This document shows positions 1 to 9,925 of a stretch of DNA of 64,000 nt, in pieces (the first letter of the stretch is position 1; each line of letters starts with the position of its first letter). Origin of the DNA: Naegleria gruberi (lineage: Eukaryota); assembly GCA_000004985.1 (NCBI GenBank), contig GG738872.1; one strand, given 5' to 3'. A model generated the notes under the pieces. The model made no database searches. It had not been told where the DNA came from and saw only the letters and a program-made list of their open reading frames with translations. The position numbers and the translations under genes were made by a program.

Positions 1-2
1 GT

Positions 3-305
3 ATGTTACAACAACAAAGAGAGTCGGATTCAAGAGCCTCTACAGTCACCACTTCATCTTCTAACTATGAATCCGAGCAGAATGATGAACAAGCAACAGA
101 GGAGGAAGAACACCATCAACAAGAAGAGTATCACCACGATGACTCTTTCAATCATCACAACGATGACCACTTACATGCTCACAATGACCACCATTCCGAT
201 GGATGGAACATATCAGATGCTTCTATTAGTGGAGGAGGTTTCGATGATGATGATTTGGATGTTGAGGATGACCTCTTTGGACAGAAGGACTATGATGATT
301 TCTAA
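3..305 (+). CDS. 3' end of a gene running off the window start. It is an acidic, His/Asp-rich C-terminal tail ending in a stop at 303-305.
   Basis: Open frame from the window edge. The composition is low-complexity (HHNDDHLHAHNDHH, DDDDLDVEDD) and no domain is recognisable. Confidence 0.3.
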   Translation: MLQQQRESDSRASTVTTSSSNYESEQNDEQATEEEEHHQQEEYHHDDSFNHHNDDHLHAHNDHHSDGWNISDASISGGGFDDDDLDVEDDLFGQKDYDDF

Positions 306-675
306 TTGTTGTCAATAAAACACAACCTTTGTTGTTAAGAAAATCATGATGACGTAAGCATGCGCTTCTTGAACAAGAAAGGGAATGTATAAATCTTCTT
401 CATATCGAAATTGTGTTAAATTTATGATGAGGATGTTGTTTGGTAAAGAAGTAGAATTTATTAATTACACTTTGTATTAAGTTGGCAACTTTTTGTGAGT
501 GTTCAGAATTGATGCTCAAAGCTGGGAGCGAAATTCACTTCTGACTTTGACCAAGCAAAACGCACTAGAAAAGTTTTTGTTGTAAAGTAGATGCGTCAAC
601 CGTTCATTAATTGTAAGTCCAACGAAAAATAAAAAACTTTGAATTGTTTAAAAAAAATCCCTCACATCATATACA

Positions 676-996
676 ATGAAGGTCGTCGCAGCTTATTTGT
701 TGGCAGTCTTAGGTGGTAACGAACAACCAGCCAAGAAGGATATTGAAAAGATTTTGAGCTCTGTTGGTGCTGAAGTCGATGGTGAACAAATTGATAGACT
801 CTTGAAGGAATTGTCTGGTAAGAACGTTTTCGACGTTATTGCCTCCGGAAAGGAAAAGTTGGCTTCCGTCCCAACTGGTGGTGCTGCTGCCTCTTCCGCT
901 CCAGCTGCTGCTGCCTCAACTGCTGCTGCTGTTGAAGAAAAGAAGCCAGAACCTGAAGAAGAAGAAGAAGAAATGGGTTTCGGTGGTCTCTTCTAA
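676..996 (+). CDS. RPLP2: 60S acidic ribosomal stalk protein P2.
   Basis: The N-terminus MKVVAAYLLAVLGGN, an Ala/Pro-rich hinge and the C-terminal EEEEEEMGFGGLF are the signature of stalk P-proteins. ATG start, 106 aa. Confidence 0.9.
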   Translation: MKVVAAYLLAVLGGNEQPAKKDIEKILSSVGAEVDGEQIDRLLKELSGKNVFDVIASGKEKLASVPTGGAAASSAPAAAASTAAAVEEKKPEPEEEEEEMGFGGLF

Positions 997-1620
997 ATCT
1001 ACTTAAAATAAAAATCCTAAATATTTAAAACTTCTTAATTGCTTGACTAGTATTATTGTTCGTCAATTTCACAACAGCCACTTACTCTTGATCTGTGGAT
1101 TGAATAAAACAAGGTCACAATAACAAGGATTAATAAATTGTCTTAAGTAATATTTTTCATGACACTTTAAAATTCAATTCTATTTGTTCCAAACCTGTAA
1201 AGCAAAAGATTTACGAAGTTTCCTAGAATGAAACGCCTGAAATTGACGAGCCAAAGCTGATACCTCTTAGTATCCATGCATCCGAGCAGATCTGATAAGT
1301 CGTTTTATGCTCATAGCCTTGGTAGGATGCATGTTGAATCATCGAATAATATTTCCTGATGAAATCAGAGAGTTGAATTTATTTTCCAAACCAAATTTAA
1401 AAATTATGGTAATTAAATTCGAATTTTAAATAAAAAAGAAAAACTGTAGATGCTGTCAAGTGAAATTCAATGGAATGTTGATTTAGTTAACAATAATAAA
1501 CAACCATTCCAGTGCATACCACAGCAGCAAAATCCATTCATAAAAAGAGAAGCATATTCAACAGTGTTTTCCATCGATCCTTAATATTAACGTTAGTAAC
1601 TGAATTGTGTTTAATAAGAA

Positions 1621-1681
1621 GCCGACATAGCTCAGTTGGGAGAGCGTAAGACTGAAGATCTTAAGGTCCCTGGTGTCGGCA
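1621..1681 (+). pseudogene. Truncated tRNA-Phe(GAA) copy missing 12 nt of the T-arm (T-stem and TTCGATCC loop).
   Basis: Identical to the intact tRNA-Phe at 60255-60327 over the acceptor, D and anticodon arms. It lacks ttcgatccctgg, so it jumps from ggtccctgg to tgtcggca. Both copies share the flanks agaa|gcc and ca|aattttg. Confidence 0.7.
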
Positions 1682-1752
1682 AATTTTGATTTAGTAAAGT
1701 TTGAGTATTAAGAAGAAAATAAATATATCTTGAAGTTGTGTTGTCAAGGTTG

Positions 1753-2658
1753 TTATTTGTTATTGTTCATTGATAAAGAATAAGATCCACTATTTGGATC
1801 CTTATCAAATTTAAAATTATTAATATTGATACCAAAAGCTCCCAAAAACTTGCCTCCAACATCTTTGAGTTGACCCCACATTTCTTCCAATTGCTTCTTT
1901 TGTTCTTCTTCTGATTTCACACGTAATCTTTCTGCATCCAATAGAATCTTCTTGGCCAACTGGTCTGGAATCATTGTAGGATCTTTCAAAATAATGTCTT
2001 GCAATTTTTTCATATCCGAATAGCTGGCTTGATAATTGTTCAATTGTTCATGACATTGAGATCTCTTGTAAAGTGATTTATAATGTTCCGAATCTAAATG
2101 ATCCAAAATAATTGTACAATACTCCAAACTTCTTTGAAATGAACTCATTTGGAAAAATGTTAAAGCCAAATTCGAATATAACACAATCAGCAATGTCTTC
2201 ACTTGATTATCATTATCTTCTTTAAATAAATCCAAATCTTTTGAAATTAAAGCCAAGGTCTCCTTTTCTGAAAGTAAAACTTCGGAATTTTCTAATAATA
2301 TATCATTATTATTTTCATTATTATTTTCCTCATTAATTTCCTCTTCGGAATTGTTTGTACTAGTAATATTTTCAGAATTATTTACATCATCATCTGCTGT
2401 TGTTGTTGTTTCATTCACTTGACCAATGGTAGACTTATTTGCATCTTTTGATTCATCTTGAACCTCCTTGTTTTTAGAAATATAATCCCTCACAAAAACT
2501 ACCAAATTACTCAAAGACTCTTGATAATACTTCTCAGCAAGTTCCCATTCCCTTGTTTTAAAATGTTGATTTCCCTTTTCCTTGCTTTGATTACATTCCG
2601 ATAAAATGTTTTTCACTAGTTCCGAGTTACAAATGCCTGAGTCATTAGATTGTTTCAT
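1753..2658 (-). CDS. TPR-like repeat protein (co-chaperone-like), 301 aa.
   Basis: Single ATG-initiated ORF. An N-terminal TPR-like helix pair (KGNQHFKTREWELAEKYYQESL) and a second TPR-like unit lie near residues 150-200. The middle is acidic low-complexity. Confidence 0.45.
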   Translation of the reverse strand: MKQSNDSGICNSELVKNILSECNQSKEKGNQHFKTREWELAEKYYQESLSNLVVFVRDYISKNKEVQDESKDANKSTIGQVNETTTTADDDVNNSENITSTNNSEEEINEENNNENNNDILLENSEVLLSEKETLALISKDLDLFKEDNDNQVKTLLIVLYSNLALTFFQMSSFQRSLEYCTIILDHLDSEHYKSLYKRSQCHEQLNNYQASYSDMKKLQDIILKDPTMIPDQLAKKILLDAERLRVKSEEEQKKQLEEMWGQLKDVGGKFLGAFGININNFKFDKDPNSGSYSLSMNNNK

Positions 2659-3493
2659 TTTTTCCTTCTCTTTTTAATTCCTTTTCCTTCTTTTTTATTC
2701 AATTCGTTCTTTTGCTTTTCAAAGTCTACATCAATGTAGATGAAACTTTAGTAATTATTTAAAAATGTAGTTTGTATCAAGTCAACCAATAATATTGATT
2801 ATGATAACATTAGCCGAAGATTATATTATCTCTAATTTGGATTGTGCTGTTGTAAAATTACTTGATTTAAGCAATGGTGAATCAATTATCAATAATAGCG
2901 AGATTCGTGTTGTTGTGATTTCTCAGCAATGCAAGAAGAAGAAACAACATCCAAAGTTTCTAACTCCTTGTCCGTGTCACCAATCGAATTGATGGATCAT
3001 TATAAAAAAAATCCTCACCACTCACTGAACCTCCTGCCAACAAAGATAAACATCTTACAGGGATTCTTTGAAAAACAATCATTTGGTAGAATATATTATC
3101 TGAATCAACAATATTTTACTGTTGTGTTCTTTTTCAGATTGATCTGATAACCAACAAATTGTTGCTAATTGGCTGAAGAAGATAAAAGAAAATTATTCAA
3201 TTTACATTGAATCAAATTGCAACAAACTATCAATTGTTATTTCAACAAACAAAAACGATCTAGAAGGAAATAGAAAATTTTTTCAAATATCTTTTTAGAT
3301 CATCAAAGAAGAAAAATCCAATTAGTAATATCCGATCTTTGAAGATTATCGAGTGATCCACACAATTAATAACAACAACAACAATAATTTTAGTAGAACT
3401 CTATTAGCTTGCTATACACGGGATCACCTTATTATTGGAACTAGAATAACATAATACATTTTGGATCAAACATTATAGAATTGAAACTATTAA

Positions 3494-6400
3494 ATGTCTA
3501 ATTTAAAGGATAGAATAGCAGCCTTTGAAAATAGGAATAATACAGGTAGTGGTGGTGCTAGTACAACAAACAATGCTCCTACCTCAAGTAAACCAACAAG
3601 GATTAACGGATCAGAATTAACATCAACTAGTGGTGGTGGCAGTGGTAGTGGCAATGGTCACCCAAGTGGTCGTCCTCTTCCTCCAACTAAAACTACTTCA
3701 AGCAATCCTGTATCAACAACAACAACAACAAACAATGGTAACAATACCACAACTCCAAGAACTCTGCCACCAACACCAACCGATAGAACCTCACTCAATG
3801 TTGGACTGAATAGAACAAATACCACTACCAATAATAATAACACTACTCCTCCAACTGTTAGTCCAAGAATAATAACAACCACACCTACCAATACTACCAA
3901 TACTACACAAGTTGCTGCAGGTAATTCTCAGAATCATCAGCACCACCACCCAACAACAAGCCAGCATCAACCTTCTCCAACCATAAATACCACCCCAACA
4001 ACGCAACAAGAAAATAGCGCAACATTAACTCCAGTATCACCATCTTCATCTCCAACGCAAACACTCACAAGAGTTAATTCTGCTGGACAACAGGACAATC
4101 TTTATGATATGACAAATAATGAGGACGGAAATATGGAGGACGATCCAAGAAGACCGAATGATGTAAATGCTATTCATCAATTGCCAAAAAACAAACCTGC
4201 TGTACCTAAAAAGTTTAGAAATACTCCAGGTACTACAACTACAAATTCAACTTTGGGTAGACCAACACCAAAAGTTCCACCTTCAATTCCACAAGCCAGA
4301 AGAGCTGTTACTTCTTCAGTCACACAAGTCGATCTACCAACTTCAGAAAATGGTTCTGAACCAAACACAACCACAACAAATGTTGATCCAGGTTCTACAA
4401 TCACCTATTCCGATTCATTCAATTCATCAAGAATATCTATTCGTCCATCAGCCAATGGAATGCCTTATGCTTCAGGAATTGTTGGATTAGGCGATAAGCT
4501 CCCACAAGGAAAATTCATTCCTTATGTTCCACCTGAAGTTGAGGATACTGTTGTTAGTAGCTCTCTCACAAAACAAGTTAAACTTTCTATTACATCTGAA
4601 TCAGATGCTGAAACATTGGAATTCCAGGAAATTTACAAACATCCAACTAAAAAACAACAAGATGCTGCTGTTATTCTTCAAAAGTATATCAGAAGATGGG
4701 ATGCTAAAAAGGCCTACAAAAAGATGCAAAAAGCCAGACTTAACAGAGAAAATTGTGCCAAGGAAATTTTGTCAACAGAAAAGTACTATGTTGAATCACT
4801 TAACATTCTTCAAGAAGTTTATCTTAAACCATTCAAAGCTATGGCTGCAAAGGATAAACCATTGATCACCAAGGAAGAAGTCTCTGCTATTTTCTCGGAT
4901 ATTGATGTTATTTTGAACTTTAACAATACATTTTTGAAAGATTTAGAAGAGAGGCTCCAAAACTATGTATACACTGTTACGATCAGTGATATTTTCCTCC
5001 AAATTGCACCTTTCTTTAAAACTTATTCACGATACTGTAACAATTTTGATAAGGCAAATGAAGTCCTCAGGGAATGCAAAAAGAGGGAAGAATTCAAGGA
5101 ACAAGTTTCCAAGATGGATAAGGATAGTAGAACCTCCAAGTTAGGTCTGCAAAGTTATCTTATTCTCCCAATCCAACGTATTCCAAGATATAGATTGCTT
5201 CTCCAAGATTTGATCAAACATTCAGGACCTTCCCATCCCGATTACAAAGGATTGAAATTGGCTCTCGAAAAGATTTGTGAAGTTGCCGATCACTTGAACA
5301 ATACAATGAAGAGTATTGAAGCAACCAATGAAATTATCAAGATTCAATCCCAATTCTATGGTGAATTGAATTTGGTTGAACCTCATAGAAAATTCTTGAA
5401 AGATGGTGCATTGCAAGAAATTGTTTCCGCTGACTTTACCAAAACAAGAGATATCTATGTTCATCTTTTCAATGATATTATTCTCCTTTCACAAAAATCA
5501 GGGAAAACTTTCACCCTCAAACTTCAACTTCCTCTCAATGATTTGATTATTTTCAGCTACCTAAACCAAGAAGATCAAATTGATGACACAATCTTTAAAT
5601 TACAATCACCAAGTAAGGCAATCATCATCAAGACAGCTACACCAGCCGAAAAAAATAGTTGGACCATCACTTTGCACAATTTGATTAATGAATCTAAAAT
5701 TTCCAAGAAGAATAAGACACTCAATGTGGATGTACATACAATTGCTGACGATTCTTCAACTACATTTGCTTTGGCTATGAGTGACAATGATGGTATTGTC
5801 ATTCCACCTGAAGAGTGTATCAGAAGAATGAAGGCTGGTTCTACTATGCTCAAATATTGTCGTACTGGTAAGCCTCACTTTAGAAGATTTGTATTGAGTT
5901 CTGATGAAACTGAACTTATGTGGGGATCCCCTAATAAGCAATCTAACGAATCTATTGTGTCTCTTACTGATGTCAAGAAGATTTGTTACGGCCAAAACAC
6001 AGCAATTTTCCAAAAGTATAAGAATCCTGATCTTGAAGGTCTTTCATTCTCATTATTGTACAGAGATAGAACTTTGGATATTGTATGTAAGGATAAGCAA
6101 GAGTATCACACATGGGTACAAGGTATCACATACTTGTTGTCACACTTGGATTCCATTTTAAAGAAGAAGACTGTTGTCCCAGTTGTTGGAAACGAACCAA
6201 AATTCGCACCAATCACCATCGTCCACGATATGGAAAATGAGAAACAAAAATTCAAGGAACAATTTGAAAGAATTGGTGATGCTTATACATGGGGTCAAGG
6301 TGCTAGTGGTTCACTTGGACACGGAAATCAAGAAGATAAGAAGGAGCCTCTGGTTATGAAGGACTTTTTATATTTGGATGTTTCTATGGTTGCTTGTGAA

Positions 6401-7270
6401 AATTCTGCTGGTGCTGCTGTCATGTTTACAGGAGAATTGTTTACATGGGGCAAAGGAGAAAAAGGTAGATTGGGTCATGGTGATTCTAACGATAGANNNN
6501 NNNNNNNNNNNNNNNNNNNNNNNNNNNNNNNNNNNNNNNNNNNNNNNNNNNNNNNNNNNNNNNNNNNNNNNNNNNNNNNNNNNNNNNNNNNNNNNNNNNN
6601 NNNNNNNNNNNNNNNNNNNNNNNNTCACAATAATACTGAAGAGTATCTTTTACCAACATTTGTAGAAACATTTAGAAATATGCCAGTTAAACAAATTGCT
6701 GCTGGTAGTGCACACAGTGGTTGTATCACAGAAGGAGATGGAGCTGTTTACATGTGGGGAAGTGGTATTTATGGCCAAATTGGTAACAATACTAATACTC
6801 ACGCTTTAACACCAATGAGAGTCAAGTTTGGTAAACTGAAAGCCAAACAACTTGTATGTGGTGTTAATCACGTACTTGTTCTTATGGAAGATGGATCTGT
6901 TTACGGTTGGGGAGCTGGTACTTATGGTAGACTTGGTAATGGTAATGAATCAGATCAACGTGTTCCTGTAAGAATTAATTTCTTTGACGATAAGAATGTT
7001 CGTGGATTGGGAGCTGGTGGCAGTAGTAGTGCTGCTGTTTGTGCTCACCAATGGGTTCCTGATAAGGATGCTGATGATTGTATGAGTTGCAAGTCAAAGT
7101 TTACATTCCTCAGAAGAAGACACCATTGCAGATATTGTGGTGGTATTTTCTGTGGAAGTTGTACTGGTAAAAGAATTACTCTTCTTCGTTTTGGTTTTGA
7201 TGAACCAGTTAGAGTTTGTGACAATTGTTATCAAATTCTTACAAACGCTGCTCAAACCTACAAGAGGTAA
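3494..7270 (+). CDS. RhoGEF (DH-PH) protein with an IQ motif, RCC1 repeats and a C-terminal FYVE zinc finger. About 1258 aa including an in-frame assembly gap.
   Basis: DH-domain hallmarks EKYYVESLNILQEVYLKPF and LILPIQRIPRYRLLLQDLIKH. IQ-like AAVILQKYIRRWDAKKAYKKMQ. At least four RCC1 blades (YTWGQGASGSLGHG, TWGKGEKGRLGHGD, YMWGSGIYGQIGN, YGWGAGTYGRLGNG). FYVE signature WVPDKDADDCMSCKSKF...RRRHHCRYCGGIFCGSC...RVCDNCY. The N-terminal 300 aa are T/N/P-rich low complexity. Confidence 0.8.
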   Translation: MSNLKDRIAAFENRNNTGSGGASTTNNAPTSSKPTRINGSELTSTSGGGSGSGNGHPSGRPLPPTKTTSSNPVSTTTTTNNGNNTTTPRTLPPTPTDRTSLNVGLNRTNTTTNNNNTTPPTVSPRIITTTPTNTTNTTQVAAGNSQNHQHHHPTTSQHQPSPTINTTPTTQQENSATLTPVSPSSSPTQTLTRVNSAGQQDNLYDMTNNEDGNMEDDPRRPNDVNAIHQLPKNKPAVPKKFRNTPGTTTTNSTLGRPTPKVPPSIPQARRAVTSSVTQVDLPTSENGSEPNTTTTNVDPGSTITYSDSFNSSRISIRPSANGMPYASGIVGLGDKLPQGKFIPYVPPEVEDTVVSSSLTKQVKLSITSESDAETLEFQEIYKHPTKKQQDAAVILQKYIRRWDAKKAYKKMQKARLNRENCAKEILSTEKYYVESLNILQEVYLKPFKAMAAKDKPLITKEEVSAIFSDIDVILNFNNTFLKDLEERLQNYVYTVTISDIFLQIAPFFKTYSRYCNNFDKANEVLRECKKREEFKEQVSKMDKDSRTSKLGLQSYLILPIQRIPRYRLLLQDLIKHSGPSHPDYKGLKLALEKICEVADHLNNTMKSIEATNEIIKIQSQFYGELNLVEPHRKFLKDGALQEIVSADFTKTRDIYVHLFNDIILLSQKSGKTFTLKLQLPLNDLIIFSYLNQEDQIDDTIFKLQSPSKAIIIKTATPAEKNSWTITLHNLINESKISKKNKTLNVDVHTIADDSSTTFALAMSDNDGIVIPPEECIRRMKAGSTMLKYCRTGKPHFRRFVLSSDETELMWGSPNKQSNESIVSLTDVKKICYGQNTAIFQKYKNPDLEGLSFSLLYRDRTLDIVCKDKQEYHTWVQGITYLLSHLDSILKKKTVVPVVGNEPKFAPITIVHDMENEKQKFKEQFERIGDAYTWGQGASGSLGHGNQEDKKEPLVMKDFLYLDVSMVACENSAGAAVMFTGELFTWGKGEKGRLGHGDSNDRXXXXXXXXXXXXXXXXXXXXXXXXXXXXXXXXXXXXXXXXXXXHNNTEEYLLPTFVETFRNMPVKQIAAGSAHSGCITEGDGAVYMWGSGIYGQIGNNTNTHALTPMRVKFGKLKAKQLVCGVNHVLVLMEDGSVYGWGAGTYGRLGNGNESDQRVPVRINFFDDKNVRGLGAGGSSSAAVCAHQWVPDKDADDCMSCKSKFTFLRRRHHCRYCGGIFCGSCTGKRITLLRFGFDEPVRVCDNCYQILTNAAQTYKR
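6497..6624. other. Assembly gap: a 128-nt run of N inside the RCC1 region of the RhoGEF gene.
   Basis: Literal n characters in the sequence. The reading frame is preserved across the gap. Confidence 0.95.
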
Positions 7271-7843
7271 TTTGTAACATATAAAACTATTTATTTAAAA
7301 TTTTTGAAGTCTGGTGTCGTAATTTACTTCTTGTCACTTATCGAATCTTTAGTACTGTATCATAGTTCAAATCAAGATTTTAATCAACTTTTACAAAGAT
7401 TTTCTCCATTTTTGACTTTTATTCCTAAAAATGTGATTATCAAACCCAATAAAAAAAACCTGTAAGCGGATCATTTAAAATATCATTAATAATACGTTAT
7501 TGTTTATTGGAATTACCGAACCAACATTCATTTCCTCAATCACCAACTTATATGATGAAGATTATTGAAAAAGATGCCAAAATTTCAATAGAGAACTGAT
7601 TGTTGAGATTCATGACGAAAATATTTTGATGCTTAATAACAGTACTCTCTTTTCGTCATGCTTATCAACGTTACACTGTATTCGTACCATATCCTTGCCT
7701 TAAATTGAATTGTATTTCCGTGAGTAAGCGAAATGGCTTATCCAAACTAAAGTTCTTTACCTATTCTATACCCTATAAATGCAACTGTTTTAATAACCAA
7801 CTGTTTTTCCAACCAAGAAAAAAACAATTAATAACAAATAACA

Positions 7844-8806
7844 ATGCACTCTATTCAAGCTTTAAAGTTGAACAAACTTAATCTCGATCCTGCAATTTCT
7901 ACATCCAACGATGAATCAGATTCGAATAAGAAGAAATATATCAAGTTCTCTGATAGATTTGGAACCACAGAACCTTTCTACAAATACATGGTCACAAAAT
8001 TCGAGTTGGTACACAACCACCTCTTAAACATTTGTCCAGTCATTCTCATGGTTTTGGTACATAATGACCTTCTGTCACCATTCTGGGCAGTATTAATTCA
8101 ACAATACTTAACAATTATATGGACACTTTCTCTGCATTCCCTTCTCCATGCCAAGACATGTGTCGATTCCAATCAAAACTATGATTTGCTTACTGACATT
8201 CTTATTGGAATTCCATATTTTGGTTTATTCACTCCTTCCATTGCTAAATTTGGTCATGACACACATCACAATTACACTGGAACTGAAAAGGATTTGGATC
8301 ACTTCTTCTTCAAGACTGAAAATCCAATTCTCCTCTTTATTTATTCCTCATTCTTTTCTGAATATTACATTTTCTGCTATTTATGGGAGAAATCTTCAGA
8401 AAAGATGCAAATTTTAAGAAGTGTTTCAATCATGCTCGTTAAATTGGTGATTTTATTGACAATGTACAAGATTTTGGGTAATTCCTTCTTGATTATCTTT
8501 TTGAGTTCAAGATTTGCAAAGAGTTACATTTTTGCTTCCTTTACTCAACTTGTCCACAAGATTGATTTGGAAACAATTTTATTCGATTTGGAAGAAAGAT
8601 TGAATTTGCCAATCACTATTGATACTATTTTGCATTACACTTTCGGATACAATATTCATGTAGTCAAGTATCACGATGATCATCATGCTTACAGAATGAT
8701 TTGTCCATCTGCTTACTATCCAGCTCTTCATAATTATTATAAGAAACATCAAGTGAAGGAAAATAATAATAGAATTGACAGTCCTGGAAGAAATAAAGCA
8801 ATATAA
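7844..8806 (+). CDS. Polytopic membrane protein of the fatty-acid desaturase/hydroxylase family, with three His-box motifs.
   Basis: 320 aa, ATG start, multiple hydrophobic segments. His boxes HSLLH (HxxxH), HDTHH (HxxHH) and HDDHH (HxxHH) fall in the order and spacing typical of di-iron membrane desaturases or sphingolipid desaturases. Confidence 0.45.
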   Translation: MHSIQALKLNKLNLDPAISTSNDESDSNKKKYIKFSDRFGTTEPFYKYMVTKFELVHNHLLNICPVILMVLVHNDLLSPFWAVLIQQYLTIIWTLSLHSLLHAKTCVDSNQNYDLLTDILIGIPYFGLFTPSIAKFGHDTHHNYTGTEKDLDHFFFKTENPILLFIYSSFFSEYYIFCYLWEKSSEKMQILRSVSIMLVKLVILLTMYKILGNSFLIIFLSSRFAKSYIFASFTQLVHKIDLETILFDLEERLNLPITIDTILHYTFGYNIHVVKYHDDHHAYRMICPSAYYPALHNYYKKHQVKENNNRIDSPGRNKAI

Positions 8807-9016
8807 AAAAACTTAATTACTATACATATTTGAAACAATATTATTAAGCAAAAATCCTAAAATTGATAATTTACGTATGAACTTTGTGCCTTTCAATGAA
8901 AATGAATTTATTCGAAATAGTGTGAATTACAAATTTAAAACCATTTTTTAAATTGTTTTGAAATGAGGTTGCTCCTGAAGTTGAGATGTTTATGATTCAC
9001 ATTTTGAGTAAATGAT

Positions 9017-9136
9017 TGGCTACGGCCATATCACGATGCATGCACCTCATCCCGTCCGATTTGAGAAGTTAAGCATCGTCGAGCCACATCAGTACTGAGG
9101 TTGGAGACAACTTGGGAACCTGTGGTGCTGTAGTCT
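9017..9136 (+). rRNA. 5S ribosomal RNA gene, copy 1.
   Basis: GGCTACGGCCATA...CCCGTCCGAT...AGTACTGAGGTTGGAGACAACTTGGGAACCTGTGGTGCTGTAGTC matches the 5S consensus (helix I pairing, box-A/box-C regions) and is followed by a TTTTT Pol III terminator. About 120 nt. Confidence 0.85.
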
Positions 9137-9292
9137 TTTTAATCTTAGATAAATCAACAGGATTACGACTGTGCGTATTGAGCTTGAGAGGTTATAAATA
9201 ACATTATGAACTATTGAAAATAATGTGTGAATGATTTAGGTTTTATTTACAATGATTTGCCTTGGTTTACAAAATTTTGAGTTAAATGGAGA

Positions 9293-9508
9293 TTACCACT
9301 TTTTGAATTGTTTGTTTCTCATTTCTAAGGTGTTATGTGATTGAGATTTGAAAGTTTTGCTTGTTTCACTTCCAATAGAATTCAATGTTTTGTAATCAAT
9401 TAAATTTCTTCTTCTTGTACCACCAACAATGTTATCCAGAGAAATTTCGGAATTAAATTGTGAAGTATTATTGGAGGAATTATACATATTTCTTCTTGTT
9501 GAGACCAT
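9293..9508 (-). CDS. Small ORF (71 aa), paralog A of a divergent head-to-head pair.
   Basis: ATG-initiated, S/N/T/R-rich. It shares the motif ...IVGGTRRRNLIDY... with the plus-strand ORF at 9728-9925. Coding status is unproven. Confidence 0.3.
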   Translation of the reverse strand: MVSTRRNMYNSSNNTSQFNSEISLDNIVGGTRRRNLIDYKTLNSIGSETSKTFKSQSHNTLEMRNKQFKKW

Positions 9509-9727
9509 TTTCTTATTGTTATTTTGTTATTTTCTTTTGTTGATTTTCATTAATTTTCCTTTCATCAAAATATTAATAGAAAAATTCAAATTTCTTGTGA
9601 TGAGTGGAAAATCCACTAAAAATCGGAATCACAAAATTAGTGGAAATCATCACGGAAATAAACAGATCTGGTATCAGATGATATTTCCACAACAAAACAA
9701 AACTAAATAACAAAAACTAAGAGCAAA

Positions 9728-9925
9728 ATGCCAGCTAGAAATACTTCATCAAATTCTTCCGAAGATAGAATTCCAACAAAAACAGAATGGACAAGATCTA
9801 AACCAATTGATTTAACTAAAAGATTACCATTATTTGATATTGATACTTCAAATATAATAAGTGGAACTAGACATCGTAATAATATTGATTATCATCATGC
9901 AAATTTAAATGGTAAACAAATGTGA
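9728..9925 (+). CDS. Small ORF (65 aa), paralog B of the divergent pair.
   Basis: ATG-initiated. It shares M-x-x-(T)-R-N..SSNSS and ...IISGTRHRNNIDYH... with the minus-strand ORF at 9293-9508. Confidence 0.3.
   Translation: MPARNTSSNSSEDRIPTKTEWTRSKPIDLTKRLPLFDIDTSNIISGTRHRNNIDYHHANLNGKQM

Noticed and set aside
1240-1380. Possible snRNA or small ncRNA upstream of the truncated tRNA-Phe (region with ...gatacctcttagtatccatgcatccgagcagatctgataagtcg...)
   Set aside because: I found no convincing match to the U1, U2, U4, U5 or U6 conserved boxes and no Sm site or terminator, so it is left unannotated.
3658-4404. Short ORFs on the opposite strand or in alternative frames inside the RhoGEF gene (3658-3900, 3791-4009, 4177-4404; similar nested ORFs occur inside other genes, e.g. 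18264-18662, 43282-43764)
   Set aside because: They are nested in well-supported coding regions and are low-complexity mirror translations of T/N/P-rich codons.
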